Shown here: positions 48,373 through 59,800 of the stretch, piece by piece
Layout of the letters: each line of letters begins with the position of its first letter
Position numbering within the stretch: the stretch's first letter is position 1
Assembly: GCA_035510735.1 (NCBI GenBank)
Contig: DATKGN010000007.1
Coordinates: forward strand, 105-64,104
Source of the DNA: Patescibacteria group bacterium
GTDB taxonomy: Bacteria; Patescibacteriota; Microgenomatia; UBA10105; UBA927
Direction: 5' to 3'
Length of the DNA stretch: 64,000 nt
Made by a program: the position numbers and the translations under genes
The notes under the pieces: generated by a model
What the model saw: the letters and a program-made list of their open reading frames with translations, nothing else
Told to the model about the DNA's origin: nothing
The model's database searches: none

Positions 48373-49536
48373 ATGACAGGTTCGATTGAAGCACCAGGTG
48401 AAGAATCAAACATTCGGCTGACTTCCGATGTGATTGACGCACTAGCGGATCAACAGATGTCAGCCGATGATGAACTGTTGAATGAACCGTTGGGTAAGGG
48501 AGACGAATCCGAAGATTCATTGAAAAATATACCGGAACCAACGGACAATGAGCTCGCCGAAGTTGAGGAAGAAGAACCTGAACAAGATGACATACTACTT
48601 GATGATGACCTCAAAGACATCGATATAAGTGACGGCGTCGGGCTTTATATGAAAGAGGTTCAACGCACTCCCCTCTTGGATCATCAAGGTGAAATAGATT
48701 TAGCAATGCGTATGGAAAAAGGAAAAATGGCCCGGGAAGAATTCGCAAAAAAAACAACACATATTAGCAACGAGAGAAGGATAGAGCTCCGTAAATTAAG
48801 TCAAGATGGATACGCAGCAAGCGAGAACTTGATTAATGCAAACGCACGCCTGGTGATGAGCGTTGCAAAAAAATACATGGGCCGTGGTATGCCGTTCCTG
48901 GACCTTATCCAAGAAGGAAACATCGGTCTCATCCGCGCGGTGAAAAAATTTGAATATCGTCGCGGCCATAAATTTAGTACCTACGCGACCTGGTGGATAC
49001 GCCAGGCGGTTACCCGCGCAATCGCAGACAACGGCCGTACAATCCGTATACCGGTACATGAGGGAGATATGATCAATAAATTGTTACGTATCCAACATGT
49101 GTTAACGCAAAAGTTCGGTCGCGAACCTTCTATTGATGAACTCGCTAAGGCAATGCATCGCTCCACGAAAAAAATAACCGATATGCTACGAGAAGCAGAG
49201 CTCGCTATTTCCTTTGAAACGCCGGTTGGTGATGAAGAAGACTCCGTCCTTGGTGATTTTATTGAAGATGAAAGTTCCAATAGCAATCCAGTGGACGAGG
49301 CAACGAGACGCATGCTTCGCGAAAAACTTGCTGAAGTAGTAACAGGCTTACCTCCAAGAGAGGTCACGGTTCTTCAATTACGCTATGGGCTCGTTGACGG
49401 AAAGGGGCATACACTTGAAGAAGTAGGTCATATGATGGGTATTACGCGGGAGCGAGTCCGTCAAATCGAAGGGCAGGGTTTATCACGATTACGTCACCCA
49501 GGAACGAGACGCGAGCTACGGGATTTTTTAGGTTAG
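48373..49536 (+). CDS. sigma-70 family RNA polymerase sigma factor (RpoD-like)
   Basis: DLIQEGNIGL, KFSTYATWWIRQAVTRAIAD.GRTIRIPVH, TLEEVG..TRERVRQIE. Confidence 0.95.
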   Translation: MTGSIEAPGEESNIRLTSDVIDALADQQMSADDELLNEPLGKGDESEDSLKNIPEPTDNELAEVEEEEPEQDDILLDDDLKDIDISDGVGLYMKEVQRTPLLDHQGEIDLAMRMEKGKMAREEFAKKTTHISNERRIELRKLSQDGYAASENLINANARLVMSVAKKYMGRGMPFLDLIQEGNIGLIRAVKKFEYRRGHKFSTYATWWIRQAVTRAIADNGRTIRIPVHEGDMINKLLRIQHVLTQKFGREPSIDELAKAMHRSTKKITDMLREAELAISFETPVGDEEDSVLGDFIEDESSNSNPVDEATRRMLREKLAEVVTGLPPREVTVLQLRYGLVDGKGHTLEEVGHMMGITRERVRQIEGQGLSRLRHPGTRRELRDFLG

Positions 49537-49560
49537 TTTTCATCTTTCTAATCAAACCAT

Positions 49561-50250
49561 ATGGCCGCTGAACTTGATAAGCCTCAGCTATATACCGAAA
49601 CCGATCTGGATCCAAAAATATTTAAAACACCCACGCATCTCATGGAGATTCTTCTCCCCTGGGCTAAAACATGCCCGCCGCCCGGAACAGTTATCGACCT
49701 GGCGGCTGGCCTTGGTACCGAGGTTTTGGCCCTCGAACAGGCGGGCATTCCGGTTATTGGGCAGGAGGGCGGAGAGTACATACATGCGGTCACGACATTA
49801 CAGAAGGGATTGGCAGAGAAGCTCGATCAATATCCCGATCATTCATTTGGCGGGGCATTCCTCAAGGACACATGGCTACTTCTTTCCCCTTCGCAACGCA
49901 GGGAAATGCTCACGGGCCTTAAGCGCATACTACAACCACAAGGATCACTCCTTCTCATCTCCGAAATAATTTCCGAGTATCATGCCCGGGGCAGCAAAAC
50001 TGGTGAAATTGTGGCCCACGATTACCCATCGTGGCGTGCGGGTGTCAGTCTCATCCAATCTAATGAAGGCCTTGAGACAATCAATTATCTGAGTACGCCC
50101 GAAGACACACGATGTACGGCCGAGGAAAACGGATATGAATTTACTCTTATCCGAGAGTATCCTAAAACTGACCCGCTTGCACGGGAAAACCGGTGGACGC
50201 CGGGTGACGGATTTATTGCAAAACTGACACCAAAGACGGGAGAGGAGTAG
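49561..50250 (+). CDS. class I SAM methyltransferase, paralogue A
   Basis: VIDLAAGLG, RILQPQGSLL. Confidence 0.8.
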   Translation: MAAELDKPQLYTETDLDPKIFKTPTHLMEILLPWAKTCPPPGTVIDLAAGLGTEVLALEQAGIPVIGQEGGEYIHAVTTLQKGLAEKLDQYPDHSFGGAFLKDTWLLLSPSQRREMLTGLKRILQPQGSLLLISEIISEYHARGSKTGEIVAHDYPSWRAGVSLIQSNEGLETINYLSTPEDTRCTAEENGYEFTLIREYPKTDPLARENRWTPGDGFIAKLTPKTGEE

Positions 50251-50386
50251 CGAATCCACCGCCCCAGATGCTCTTTTTGACGATATATAACTACATCTAT
50301 ATATATTAATATATATCTTATGAACTCGCCTCAATTGCACTCCACTATCCTCCTTTTTCTTGTCAATAAGACCCTAGATCACTATA

Positions 50387-51091
50387 ATGCTCTTCGCTAT
50401 GATCGAGTGTGAAAAACCACAGCTTTTTATCAGCGCCTCCCAAAATTCAAGAATGTTTGAACCGCAGCCGCGCTGTATGGATATTATCAAAGACTGGGCG
50501 CGGTTATGCCCGCCGTCTCCTTTGGGGATTCTTGATCTTGCTGCCGGATATGGGGTGGAAGTCCAGGCGTTAAAAGACGAAGGAATTCCCGTCATCGGTC
50601 AGGAAGGCTCGTCCGATATGCGTAAACATGCAGTAACCAAACTCTACAACGGTCTCGTGGAAGATCTTCATCTTCACCAGGACGGTGCATTCGGCGGCGC
50701 ACTCCTCAAAGATACGTTGATCTTCCTTACCCCGAAACAGCGGGAATTCATGTTTACGGGTGTACGGCGTATTCTCACGCCCGGTGGATCATTTCTTATC
50801 ATCTCAGAATTGTATGATCTTGACGACGTTATACGGAATTCGAGTGATAACATCTGGGTTTTTGCTTATGACGAAAAAGAGGGAAGAAACTACAAAAAAC
50901 AGGTGATCTCCCGCACTATTTGTACGCCGGAAAAAGTTGAGCAGTATGCCAAAAAATATAACTTTTCCTACGAACTTGTACGTTCATACGGCCGTGACGA
51001 TCCGCTCGCCCGGGAAAATCGCTGGATGGCGCATGATGGGTTTATCACGAAACTCACTCTGGGAACGTCCTATTCAGCCACATCAAGATGA
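50387..51091 (+). CDS. class I SAM methyltransferase, paralogue B
   Basis: ILDLAAGYG, FGGALLKDT, DPLARENRW shared with 49561-50250. Confidence 0.8.
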   Translation: MLFAMIECEKPQLFISASQNSRMFEPQPRCMDIIKDWARLCPPSPLGILDLAAGYGVEVQALKDEGIPVIGQEGSSDMRKHAVTKLYNGLVEDLHLHQDGAFGGALLKDTLIFLTPKQREFMFTGVRRILTPGGSFLIISELYDLDDVIRNSSDNIWVFAYDEKEGRNYKKQVISRTICTPEKVEQYAKKYNFSYELVRSYGRDDPLARENRWMAHDGFITKLTLGTSYSATSR

Positions 51092-51156
51092 ACCGTATCA
51101 ATTGTCAGCCGCCATTTGCAAGTATATTTGGGTGGAATTTCAGTCAAAAATGCGTT

Positions 51157-51894
51157 TTAGCCTATCGGTACGAGGCGACTTGTACCCACATGACGTCGTA
51201 TATGTACTCTATTTATCGTCCATGCATTTGTATACCGCTGAAGTAGATCACGCAAACGATTAATACTTGAAAACAAATAATCAGAAGTACCAAATACTTC
51301 ATTAATGAGCATGCGATTATTAACAACTTGCTTATTGAGATACCCAAACGAAAGAGCGGTTAATAATGCATGAAGGTCATCGGTGAGAAGCGGCATTGCT
51401 TCAGGTGAACCGGGGAAAAACGATGCTTTGCCCATCATGTCAAAAAGGGAAATCAGTTTGTCTTGACGGTCCTTTGGCCCATTCCACTGGGGCAAAGGCC
51501 TGAAACCATCAATCTTCACGAGGGTCATCTCTGAAACCCGAGGGTATACGGCGTATCCCTCATCAGTAACCGAATACAACTCCTCTAGATATCCCTTCTC
51601 TCGCAATTTCGCGCGGACTTGATCCGCGTATGCATTAATTTGAAATTTACCCGGCAAACCCTCCCAGCCCGGATTTTTCACAATCGTATCAAAGGGGATA
51701 AAATCACTCGTCGGAACCGAACTCACCGGTTCGATTTTCCACCCTTCCTGCAATGTCTTTCTTGATTCCAGTAACGTCATATATATTTTGAACAAAAAAA
51801 GCTCCCTATCTTTGGGAGCTTCGGATTTGTTCTTTTTGTTGATTCTAGCAAACCATCCGGGCTCCCTCCGCTTCAAGGATTGTTTTAAGTACAA
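51157..51894 (-). CDS. putative tandem winged-helix protein
   Basis: INAYADQVRAKL..YSVTDEGY; SINRLRDLL; layout similar to 25000-25644; start uncertain. Confidence 0.45.
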   Translation of the reverse strand: MYLKQSLKRREPGWFARINKKNKSEAPKDRELFLFKIYMTLLESRKTLQEGWKIEPVSSVPTSDFIPFDTIVKNPGWEGLPGKFQINAYADQVRAKLREKGYLEELYSVTDEGYAVYPRVSEMTLVKIDGFRPLPQWNGPKDRQDKLISLFDMMGKASFFPGSPEAMPLLTDDLHALLTALSFGYLNKQVVNNRMLINEVFGTSDYLFSSINRLRDLLQRYTNAWTINRVHIRRHVGTSRLVPIG

Positions 51895-51982
51895 TAATTC
51901 GCCCGAACGTCTTCATACTCGTGTCTGTATAATAGCATACACATCTATGTCTGACAATATGGATATTTTAGGAGGAAATCGG

Positions 51983-53362
51983 CTACAAATTCCGTTTATC
52001 GGGGAGCATCTGCTTTTTAAGCGAAGCCATCCGTCGCGACAGTCTTTTATCCAAATCCTCATACATAACATCATTAAACATCGATCCTGCTCCGCCCCAG
52101 AACGATTTACTGCGCTGTAGCGCTTCCTGATCGGATTTTGAGAGCGCATTCCACCGTGCCTCAATAAGGTCAATCCATGACTTCGTGATTTCAACGGAGT
52201 GCTTCCGTAGAAATACCCGTTTTGTATCAAACAAATTCTCTTCGGTTACCCGTATTTCATGCTCACCCACCTTCACCTCAAACAGGTCATCTGTCTCACG
52301 ACTCCAAAGTTCATTACAAACGACAAACAGAGCATCCTCCGATATCTCGCCCTTAAACAGAAGTTCCACCCAAAGAGCCTGAACGTCGGCGGCGCTAATG
52401 CCGACTGTGCGGGCAAAATCCGTAAATCCTATCCCGTGGTATTCAATCGGTCCGCTGTACCCGCCGCCAGAGGGTTTTTTGAAAAACATAGCATTCAACG
52501 CAAGTAACACCCCTTGAAGATCCTTATTTTCCGGGTGTTCGCGGATTACGTCTCCTATATGCCGTTCCATAAGCTCACCGGCCACTCGCTTTTGTTCGGC
52601 AACCAGCCCTGAATATATATGATCGGGAATCATCTCATCTATCTTCTGTGCCAACTTCACCCGGTCTACCATGGCACCAGCCGCCGGCAGCATCTCCGCT
52701 TCGCCCGCAGTGGCCGCCTGCAAATCTGTAACAATCTCTTTGGCCCGCACAATGATTTTCCCATTTATTTTTTTATCTCTTGCGGGGTGCGAATAATCCG
52801 TGTGTTCAGTGGACTGGGTAAGCTTGTCGACGTCAGCCCACGATTTCACGGATGCCATATCTATATGATCAACAAACTCGGTAAACCGCGCCGAAAGCGT
52901 TTCACCGGATGCAGCCGACGGGAAATACGCGGCTGCGTATTTGGCGCCGTCAATGGCTTTTGTGATAAATTCTTCAAATGGAATTGGCGATTTGATGGGG
53001 TTGAGCAAATACCTCGCACCATCTGATTTGTTGGCATTTCGTCTCACCGTCCACGAAAAATAGGAGTATTGGTCGGTACCTTTCGGCGCATTCCAATAGG
53101 CAGCTGCCGCGGCCATCCATTTATATCCTTCAGCAAATTGTTGAAGGTCGCCGGTCGTATCGAGTAATCCGCCCTCATCACAGATGGGCATTATAAGAGT
53201 AATGAGCGCGTTATGTTCTTCGTCCGACAGCACACGGCCAAAATAGCGGGGATCAAACGCCGGAATAGTCCCCGCCTGCACCTGGGCTTGTAGGGCCTCG
53301 GATTCTTTGACAATGTTAAAAATAGGCGCACCTTCATCCATATATTTACCTGTTACGACCAA
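51983..53362 (-). CDS. hypothetical protein, tandem paralogue A (start probably 53341)
   Basis: QAGTIPAFDPRY, GLLDTT.D, FIT.A..GA shared with 53346-54764. Confidence 0.75.
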   Translation of the reverse strand: MVVTGKYMDEGAPIFNIVKESEALQAQVQAGTIPAFDPRYFGRVLSDEEHNALITLIMPICDEGGLLDTTGDLQQFAEGYKWMAAAAAYWNAPKGTDQYSYFSWTVRRNANKSDGARYLLNPIKSPIPFEEFITKAIDGAKYAAAYFPSAASGETLSARFTEFVDHIDMASVKSWADVDKLTQSTEHTDYSHPARDKKINGKIIVRAKEIVTDLQAATAGEAEMLPAAGAMVDRVKLAQKIDEMIPDHIYSGLVAEQKRVAGELMERHIGDVIREHPENKDLQGVLLALNAMFFKKPSGGGYSGPIEYHGIGFTDFARTVGISAADVQALWVELLFKGEISEDALFVVCNELWSRETDDLFEVKVGEHEIRVTEENLFDTKRVFLRKHSVEITKSWIDLIEARWNALSKSDQEALQRSKSFWGGAGSMFNDVMYEDLDKRLSRRMASLKKQMLPDKRNL

Positions 53363-54764
53363 TTATGCGTGCAAAAAAAGGTTTATTTTGAGGGATCATA
53401 CGGCGCTCCATAGCGTCAATACGATTTCGTATTTCAACACTATAATCATCTGTAACCCGCATCCGATGTAAAGACCCGAACAGTAGTTGTAAACTCTCAC
53501 GGAATCTCTCATCCCAGATGAGTTTGCTGCGGCCGCGTCGACCGAGCTCGCGCCACTTCTCTTCGATGTCGTCAATCCAGTTTATGACCCGCGGAGTCGA
53601 TTCACGCTCTTCAAAGTGTATAAATTCCCAAAACTTCAACTTCCGGCTTACGGTCAGTTCTCCTCTTTCGATCTTATCCTCAAACCGCTCGATCTCCTCG
53701 CGCTTCCAAAGGTTTTGAGCGAGTGTAAATAAATCAGGGCCGGTATACTGCGCACGGAAGACCATATTCATGAGTAACTCCCGGATATCATCAAACCGGA
53801 TATTTTCACGCCAGAAAATATCCACCAGACTCATATCTGTCTGTGGAGTTATTCCCTCCTCATCTTCCGGGTTCGGCAACCGCTCCTCTTTTTGTGGGAA
53901 CCATACTCCGAGCTGACACAGTGTTTGCCCTACCAACTCACCCACCGATTCATCCAACATGATCTCCCGAATGTGATGGGAGAAATATTCAGCAATATGG
54001 TCGCGCGTCCTCGTGCTTACTGTGCTCTGGTGGTCCCGACGAAAGTTGTCTATATGCGACGCAATTATGAGAGCGTCACCCATGAGATCGGTCATCAATA
54101 CAAGATCCGGTTCTGCTTTATATACGTGCTCAAGCGCCGATACAACATCGTCGCTCTTCGTAACAAGCAGCGTTGCAAAAAGTCGTTCATGAATAGGGAG
54201 ATCTTCAGAAAACGACTTTGTGATATGAGCAGTCACACCGATCAGTCTTTGTATTGTGTTCCTGTCGGAGATTTCAAAATTCAGACGTTTCGTAAATTCC
54301 TGCATTCTTGATTCTATGACCTCATCCGTCGCCTCTCCGGGGAAACGATTACGGGCAAATGCTGCGCCATATAGCGCTTCAGTAATAAAGTCGTCTATTG
54401 TAAGCGGGGCCTTCTCGTTTTCAAAAAGAAAATTGGCCCCGCGTATTTTTTCCAGATTGTTAGATCGGAGCAGCAGAATATTCTGATAGGTGTTTGAATC
54501 ATGATCTGGTTTTCTATACTCTATAATACCCAGAAGCCATCCATCTGCGTCCATAACCTGCTTCGGATCAGTGGTAGTGTACAGAAGCCCCTGCGTCAGA
54601 CCGCCCCCGTCTATTGCGCGAAAGATATCATTTACAAGAGAACGTTCTCCTTCACTCAATGAGTGGTCCAGATAACGGGGGTCAAACGGAGGAATGATAC
54701 CGGCCTGCAGCTGGGCTTCAATTGTATTGGACTGAGCGATGATGGTTTTTTCGTCTTCAGGCAT
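53346..54764 (-). CDS. hypothetical protein, tandem paralogue B
   Basis: 472 aa; QAGIIPPFDPRY. Confidence 0.75.
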   Translation of the reverse strand: MPEDEKTIIAQSNTIEAQLQAGIIPPFDPRYLDHSLSEGERSLVNDIFRAIDGGGLTQGLLYTTTDPKQVMDADGWLLGIIEYRKPDHDSNTYQNILLLRSNNLEKIRGANFLFENEKAPLTIDDFITEALYGAAFARNRFPGEATDEVIESRMQEFTKRLNFEISDRNTIQRLIGVTAHITKSFSEDLPIHERLFATLLVTKSDDVVSALEHVYKAEPDLVLMTDLMGDALIIASHIDNFRRDHQSTVSTRTRDHIAEYFSHHIREIMLDESVGELVGQTLCQLGVWFPQKEERLPNPEDEEGITPQTDMSLVDIFWRENIRFDDIRELLMNMVFRAQYTGPDLFTLAQNLWKREEIERFEDKIERGELTVSRKLKFWEFIHFEERESTPRVINWIDDIEEKWRELGRRGRSKLIWDERFRESLQLLFGSLHRMRVTDDYSVEIRNRIDAMERRMIPQNKPFFARIIGRNR

Positions 54765-54931
54765 ATATTTCGCGATAACGAGCGTATCATAACATTATTA
54801 TAGGTTTTTTCAAGGAGAAATATGACGAAATGTAATATATATTACAATATAATTGTATTATAGGTTCTCTTTGAGCGCACTTCCTCCTCTTTCGGTACCT
54901 GCGCGGCCATAGTGATGATATACTTACACTC

Positions 54932-55798
54932 ATGGAAACGACAATACTCAAATCTGTCCAACAATCAATTAAAACTGAAAAAGAGCGCGAATATTTTCTC
55001 ATCCACGTGGAGCGGTATAGGGTGATATTGGAGGAGATAGAGAAAATCAATCAGAGCGCGAAGGCAGATGGTAGAGCATCGAACATAGGAGTAGAAGATA
55101 GACGATCGAAGGTAGATAAAACAAATCGATCCTCCATTCTCAATCCTCAACAACCATCCTCTACACTCCATCCTCTATCTTCTCGTCGTATTCGCGTTCT
55201 CGATGTCGGCTGTTTCCCCTACCACCTCGGAGCGGCACTGGAAATGATGAATCATGAAGTCTACGGAATTTCATCATCCCACGAACCGATAAAAAGTTCC
55301 CGCATTAAAATTTGCAATATCGAAAAAGACACGTTTCCTTTCAAAGATAATTTTTTCGACCTCGTCATCTGCACTGAGGTCCTCGAACATCTCCCGCAGT
55401 CCCCGCTCCATGCCATTCGTGAAATGCATCGCGTCACTGCGCCCCGGGGGCATGTGTTCCTGACCACCCCTAACATCGCCCGATCAATCAACCGGGCAAA
55501 AATTTTGTTAGGGAAAAGTGTCACATACCCTCTTCATCAGCTCCTGGAAAACGACGGAGAAGGGAGTAACATTTATCACCGGCACAACCGGGAATACACT
55601 TTATCGGAGGTAACGACATTGATGAGACATGGGTATTGGAATGTCGTGAAAGCAACTCATTTTGTCAGTTATACTCCAATGCGCAGGCGTGTTATCCCCG
55701 ATTCTCTGCTTTTAAAAGCCGGAAAATACGCCAATTACGTCCTCATGATGTTTCTGTCGTCTTTGCGGGATACACTTCTTGTCATTGGAGAGAAATAG
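54932..55798 (+). CDS. class I SAM methyltransferase (type 11) with a repeat-derived insert
   Basis: VLDVGC, FPFKDNFFDLVICTEVLEHL, LTTPN, HNREYT. Confidence 0.88.
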   Translation: METTILKSVQQSIKTEKEREYFLIHVERYRVILEEIEKINQSAKADGRASNIGVEDRRSKVDKTNRSSILNPQQPSSTLHPLSSRRIRVLDVGCFPYHLGAALEMMNHEVYGISSSHEPIKSSRIKICNIEKDTFPFKDNFFDLVICTEVLEHLPQSPLHAIREMHRVTAPRGHVFLTTPNIARSINRAKILLGKSVTYPLHQLLENDGEGSNIYHRHNREYTLSEVTTLMRHGYWNVVKATHFVSYTPMRRRVIPDSLLLKAGKYANYVLMMFLSSLRDTLLVIGEK

Positions 55799-55832
55799 AC
55801 TGAAAGGACGGGCCGGGGGAATACGCTTACTT

Positions 55833-55915
55833 TGTCATTGCGAGCCCATTCCGATGGCGAAGCAATCTATAATTTACGGGATTGCCACGTCTCGAAGACT
55901 CGACTCGCAATGACA
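55833..55915. repeat. full REP/RPE-like palindromic element between convergent genes
   Basis: TGTCATTGCGAG...GAAGCAATC...GATTGCCAC...CTCGCAATGACA. Confidence 0.85.
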
Positions 55916-55984
55916 TAAACAATCCACGCAAAATTGGAGTGCACTGAAAAAAGCGTTTACATGTCCGCAAATACTAAAAACTAA

Positions 55985-56749
55985 TTACTGGTTTTTCAGA
56001 AGTACTTTTGGTGTCGGGGTTGCAATTGACGTTGCTGCACCGGCGACTGCGGGAGTCCCCGCCTTCGTTGCCTCGCCTGCAGGCGAGGCAGAGCTTGTTG
56101 CAGCCGGGGTGTTTTGTGCAACGGGCGTCGGGGTCACCGGTCTGATAAATCCAACCTCGACAATGCGGTCGCGGACCGGATCGTACAAAATTGCCCGTTT
56201 TGAAAATACAAGCACCTTATCCCCATCTACCGCATTGGCATAAAACGGCTCCTGCTTGAGACTCGCGGCATTGGTGATCGTCGTCACAATCGGCGTCTCA
56301 TTGGGCAAATCCATGTGACGCCGCACCTGATCAATGAGCGTACTTGTCTGAAACTCCGTATACACCGTCGGCGATGCTTTTTCAAGGGCACTCAGTTTTT
56401 GCTGAGAATTCCAGTACAGATACACGCTGGTGCCGACGGTCCCGAAAATCAAAAGAAGAGCAATAACAATAAAAAACGTTTTCACCGGATTCCGCCTTGA
56501 CCGGAACTCACGCTGCGGAGCGGGCTTCGGAGCCCGTTGGGGCGCGGTTCTTTGCTGTGGCTCATGTTGAACGACCACAGGTTGACTGACTGGTTGAGGC
56601 GCTACTGCCTGCTCAACGGGTGCAACTGGTTGCGGCGTCACCAGGGTCGGCTGGCCTCCGGCCTGCATCTCTGCCTCCATGCTGAACGATGCGCGTTTAA
56701 CGCCTTTGATAAATCTTCGTGATGATGGATGATCCGGTGTATCTGTCAT
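55985..56749 (-). CDS. single-pass membrane protein with Pro/Gln-rich N-terminus
   Basis: TM FFIVIALLLIFGTVGTSVYLYW; LPNETP..FYANA.DGDKVL..AILYDP. Confidence 0.75.
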   Translation of the reverse strand: MTDTPDHPSSRRFIKGVKRASFSMEAEMQAGGQPTLVTPQPVAPVEQAVAPQPVSQPVVVQHEPQQRTAPQRAPKPAPQREFRSRRNPVKTFFIVIALLLIFGTVGTSVYLYWNSQQKLSALEKASPTVYTEFQTSTLIDQVRRHMDLPNETPIVTTITNAASLKQEPFYANAVDGDKVLVFSKRAILYDPVRDRIVEVGFIRPVTPTPVAQNTPAATSSASPAGEATKAGTPAVAGAATSIATPTPKVLLKNQ

Positions 56750-56806
56750 AGGCTACTTTTTCCGTGAACCTGTTATACCATATTTTCCCTTCCGGCAATA
56801 CCCCCA

Positions 56807-59800
56807 TTAAAATGTGAACGGATAATATACACCGTTGGTAAACGCTTTTCCGTGACGCATAAGGTTTACCATATCCGGTTGCCAGGTAATCCGGAAATGC
56901 GTCGTTGCCGCGCCAGATCCTGATACCGTCCCCAGATACTGAAAATATCTGGTATTCGTTCCGACCTGCGCTTCATCGGAGTCCTGCGTTATGTTGTAAT
57001 CCGTTCCGGCAGTCAGCGTCGTCCATGTCGTACCGTTATCAGTCGATTTTTCCACAACCGCAGCACCGCTCCAGGTCCAGTTCGTAATTTTAATCACCGG
57101 ATCGTAGTACGTATAGGCAGTTGAGGCGCCCCGCGTATCGCTGAAGGACACCTGTACGGTATTATTCCCGTCAGCCTGCATGGAATAGTACCCCTGACCC
57201 TCGTTATACCCATCGGTATTTGCGTCGCCTGTGTCACTGGTTACCTTCGTACCGGTCACCGCTGTATAGAACGGATTCCAATAATCCTGCCCCTCGTGCT
57301 GGAACGTGGCGTCAAGAGCGCTCCCATTTTGAAATATGAATTGATAGTAGTCTGTCTTGGTGCTCCCAGCCGTATAAGAAACGCTCGTATCTCCCAATGC
57401 ATACAACGCAAGCGTACCGTCTCCATACGTTTGATTTTGCAACACGCTTGTTTCGCGGGGTGTGTAGGTCCAATACCCGACATACCATTTGGGATCAGCT
57501 GTTGCCGTATGCGTGCGCACTACCGCGGCCTGGGTTGTATAGGTAAGATTCGTAAACGTCCACGTGCTGGTTGTCGGTATCGTCGTCCAGCTCCCATCAA
57601 GCGTCGTATTATTAAATTGCTTATACTCCGAGGCGAGGCTAGCGAGCATGGTAAAAACAATCGGTTTATATTGTCCGGAAAATGCGCTCGTTGTATGGAT
57701 CGGCTCGTTAACGGTTACACGGTCAGGATACAGATAAAATTTTACGTTCGTCGCGTCTTGTGATGAATTTGTCCACGTACCGGTAACAACAACACGCACC
57801 GATGAGCTTTCCGAGAGAGCGATCGAAGACGTGGTAAACGTCGTGAACGTATCAAACGTGCTGTAATCGCGGATACATATTCCCATATCAGCGCTGGATA
57901 CTACACCTAATCTGTTTGTTGTATCGGTGTCAGGTAAAAAGAGTTGGTCTGCCATACCGGGTGCGGAGTTAAAGCGGATTTTGTAGACCCCGCTTGATGT
58001 CACAGTGACGGTGGTTGATGTGGATGTAGCCGACATTGTGGGGTCGATAACCAAATCGCCGGAAACGCCATCCGGCTCAAAATAGATGCGGACTGTGTTG
58101 GTGGTCGCGTCCTCATTCCAGCTCATGTTTCCGTTATACGGCGCAACGATGTGCACATCCCCATAGGTAGCTTCGTTGATTGACCTCACTGTACCATCTT
58201 CAGTCTTTGTCATGATGTTTTCCCGCGACTGGGTGAGGACAAAATTTTTCAGTTGAATTTCCCACATAATCCGTTTTTTCTGCGCGCCTGTCAGCTTCCA
58301 GTCTTCTTTCATGGCAGGCGTATCGCCGCTTGTCACTGTCCGTAACTTCCGCTCAAATGTCGCACCCAGCCCCAGTTTATTTTGGATGGAATCATCAAAT
58401 CGTACGCGTTTTTTGTCGGAATTTGCTTTCTTAAAATCGCTTTTCGTTGCGCTAATACGCGGATATGCTTCCCAGGTGTTTGTATCTGTATTCCAGTATT
58501 GGGGCGTAACGACGCCCACGGATGCAAGCTGATTGTTATCCGTAAGTTCTGTCACATCGTTATCTTTATACACTTGCTTCTGCGTTCCCCGCAAAGATTT
58601 ATACGTGACGGTTTTTGTCGCCGAAGTATTGTCTACCACAAAAGACTTGAGCTGTTTATCCTGCGGATCCTGAATGAGGAAATCATTCGGCTGGGTATCG
58701 GCGTTTACTACCACGGCACTCATCCCTTTTTTGCTTACATGAAGAACCTGATCCGCTACGACTTGCCACCTCCGCACGTCGCTAAATACTGTGGTCGTGG
58801 GCGTGGGAGTCTCGGGCGGTGCAATCTCTGCGCTTTGTGAAGCAACAGCGCTTCCTGACGCCTCGTTCATGGGAAGAAGGTCAACGGAAGGCAGCGCCGC
58901 GCTTTGAGTCGCCTGAGGATTTTCCGGCAATTGCGCACTGGCAGACGCCAGCGGACCTTCCGACAATTGGGCACTATCTGAAGCCTGCGCGGTTGACGGT
59001 GGCGCTTGGCTTCCTAACACGAGAGCGACGGGAGCCACTGTCGTCATCCGGACCGGACCCAAGAAGTACAGTGAGGGAAATATTTCCGGAGCTTTATATC
59101 GATATCCCAAGGTTAAATGGTCACCTGCTTTCATCGCCACCTGCCAACTCACCGCCTGAACATATGTTTGTGTCATGGCCACGGATTTTCCAAGATATTC
59201 CATCGGATCAATTTTGCCGAAATAGCCGTTATTCGGATCAAAAACGTTTAACCGCATACCGAAGTGCAAATGCGAGCCGGTCGCAAGGCCGGTATGACCG
59301 GAAAGACCGAGGACATCTCCCTGGGCAACGACTTGTCCTTCGGAAACAGAAATGTGACTAAAGTGGCCGTAATACGTCCTTCCCCAGGCATGCTGAATAA
59401 TAACGGTATTTCCGTACACACCCGGTCCCGCAGAGATTACGCTGCCGCGATCGGCCGCCAACACCGGCGTCCCTTCAGGGAGACCAAAATCTACCCCGTC
59501 GTGTCCGGCCAGGCCAAATTGCTGGTAGAGACTCTTCTCATTGGCGTCGTACAGCTGTTCCCCAAACCCAAGCGTTTCCGTGTAGCTCCCGTTAAACGGA
59601 TACCGCAGTAAAATGGTGCCGGAAACGCTCGCTTCTCCGCCTCCCGGTGTAAAAGGAATAACGGTTAATGCATCAAACGCCCGGCTTCCGTTTAGTGGGG
59701 TGACGGTAAAGGCGTCGGGGACAAAATCGGAAATGGTGCCTGTGAAATCCTGGTGCGCCGTGACAGAAAGATTCACCGTGTATGGTTCATGCGGATAGAT

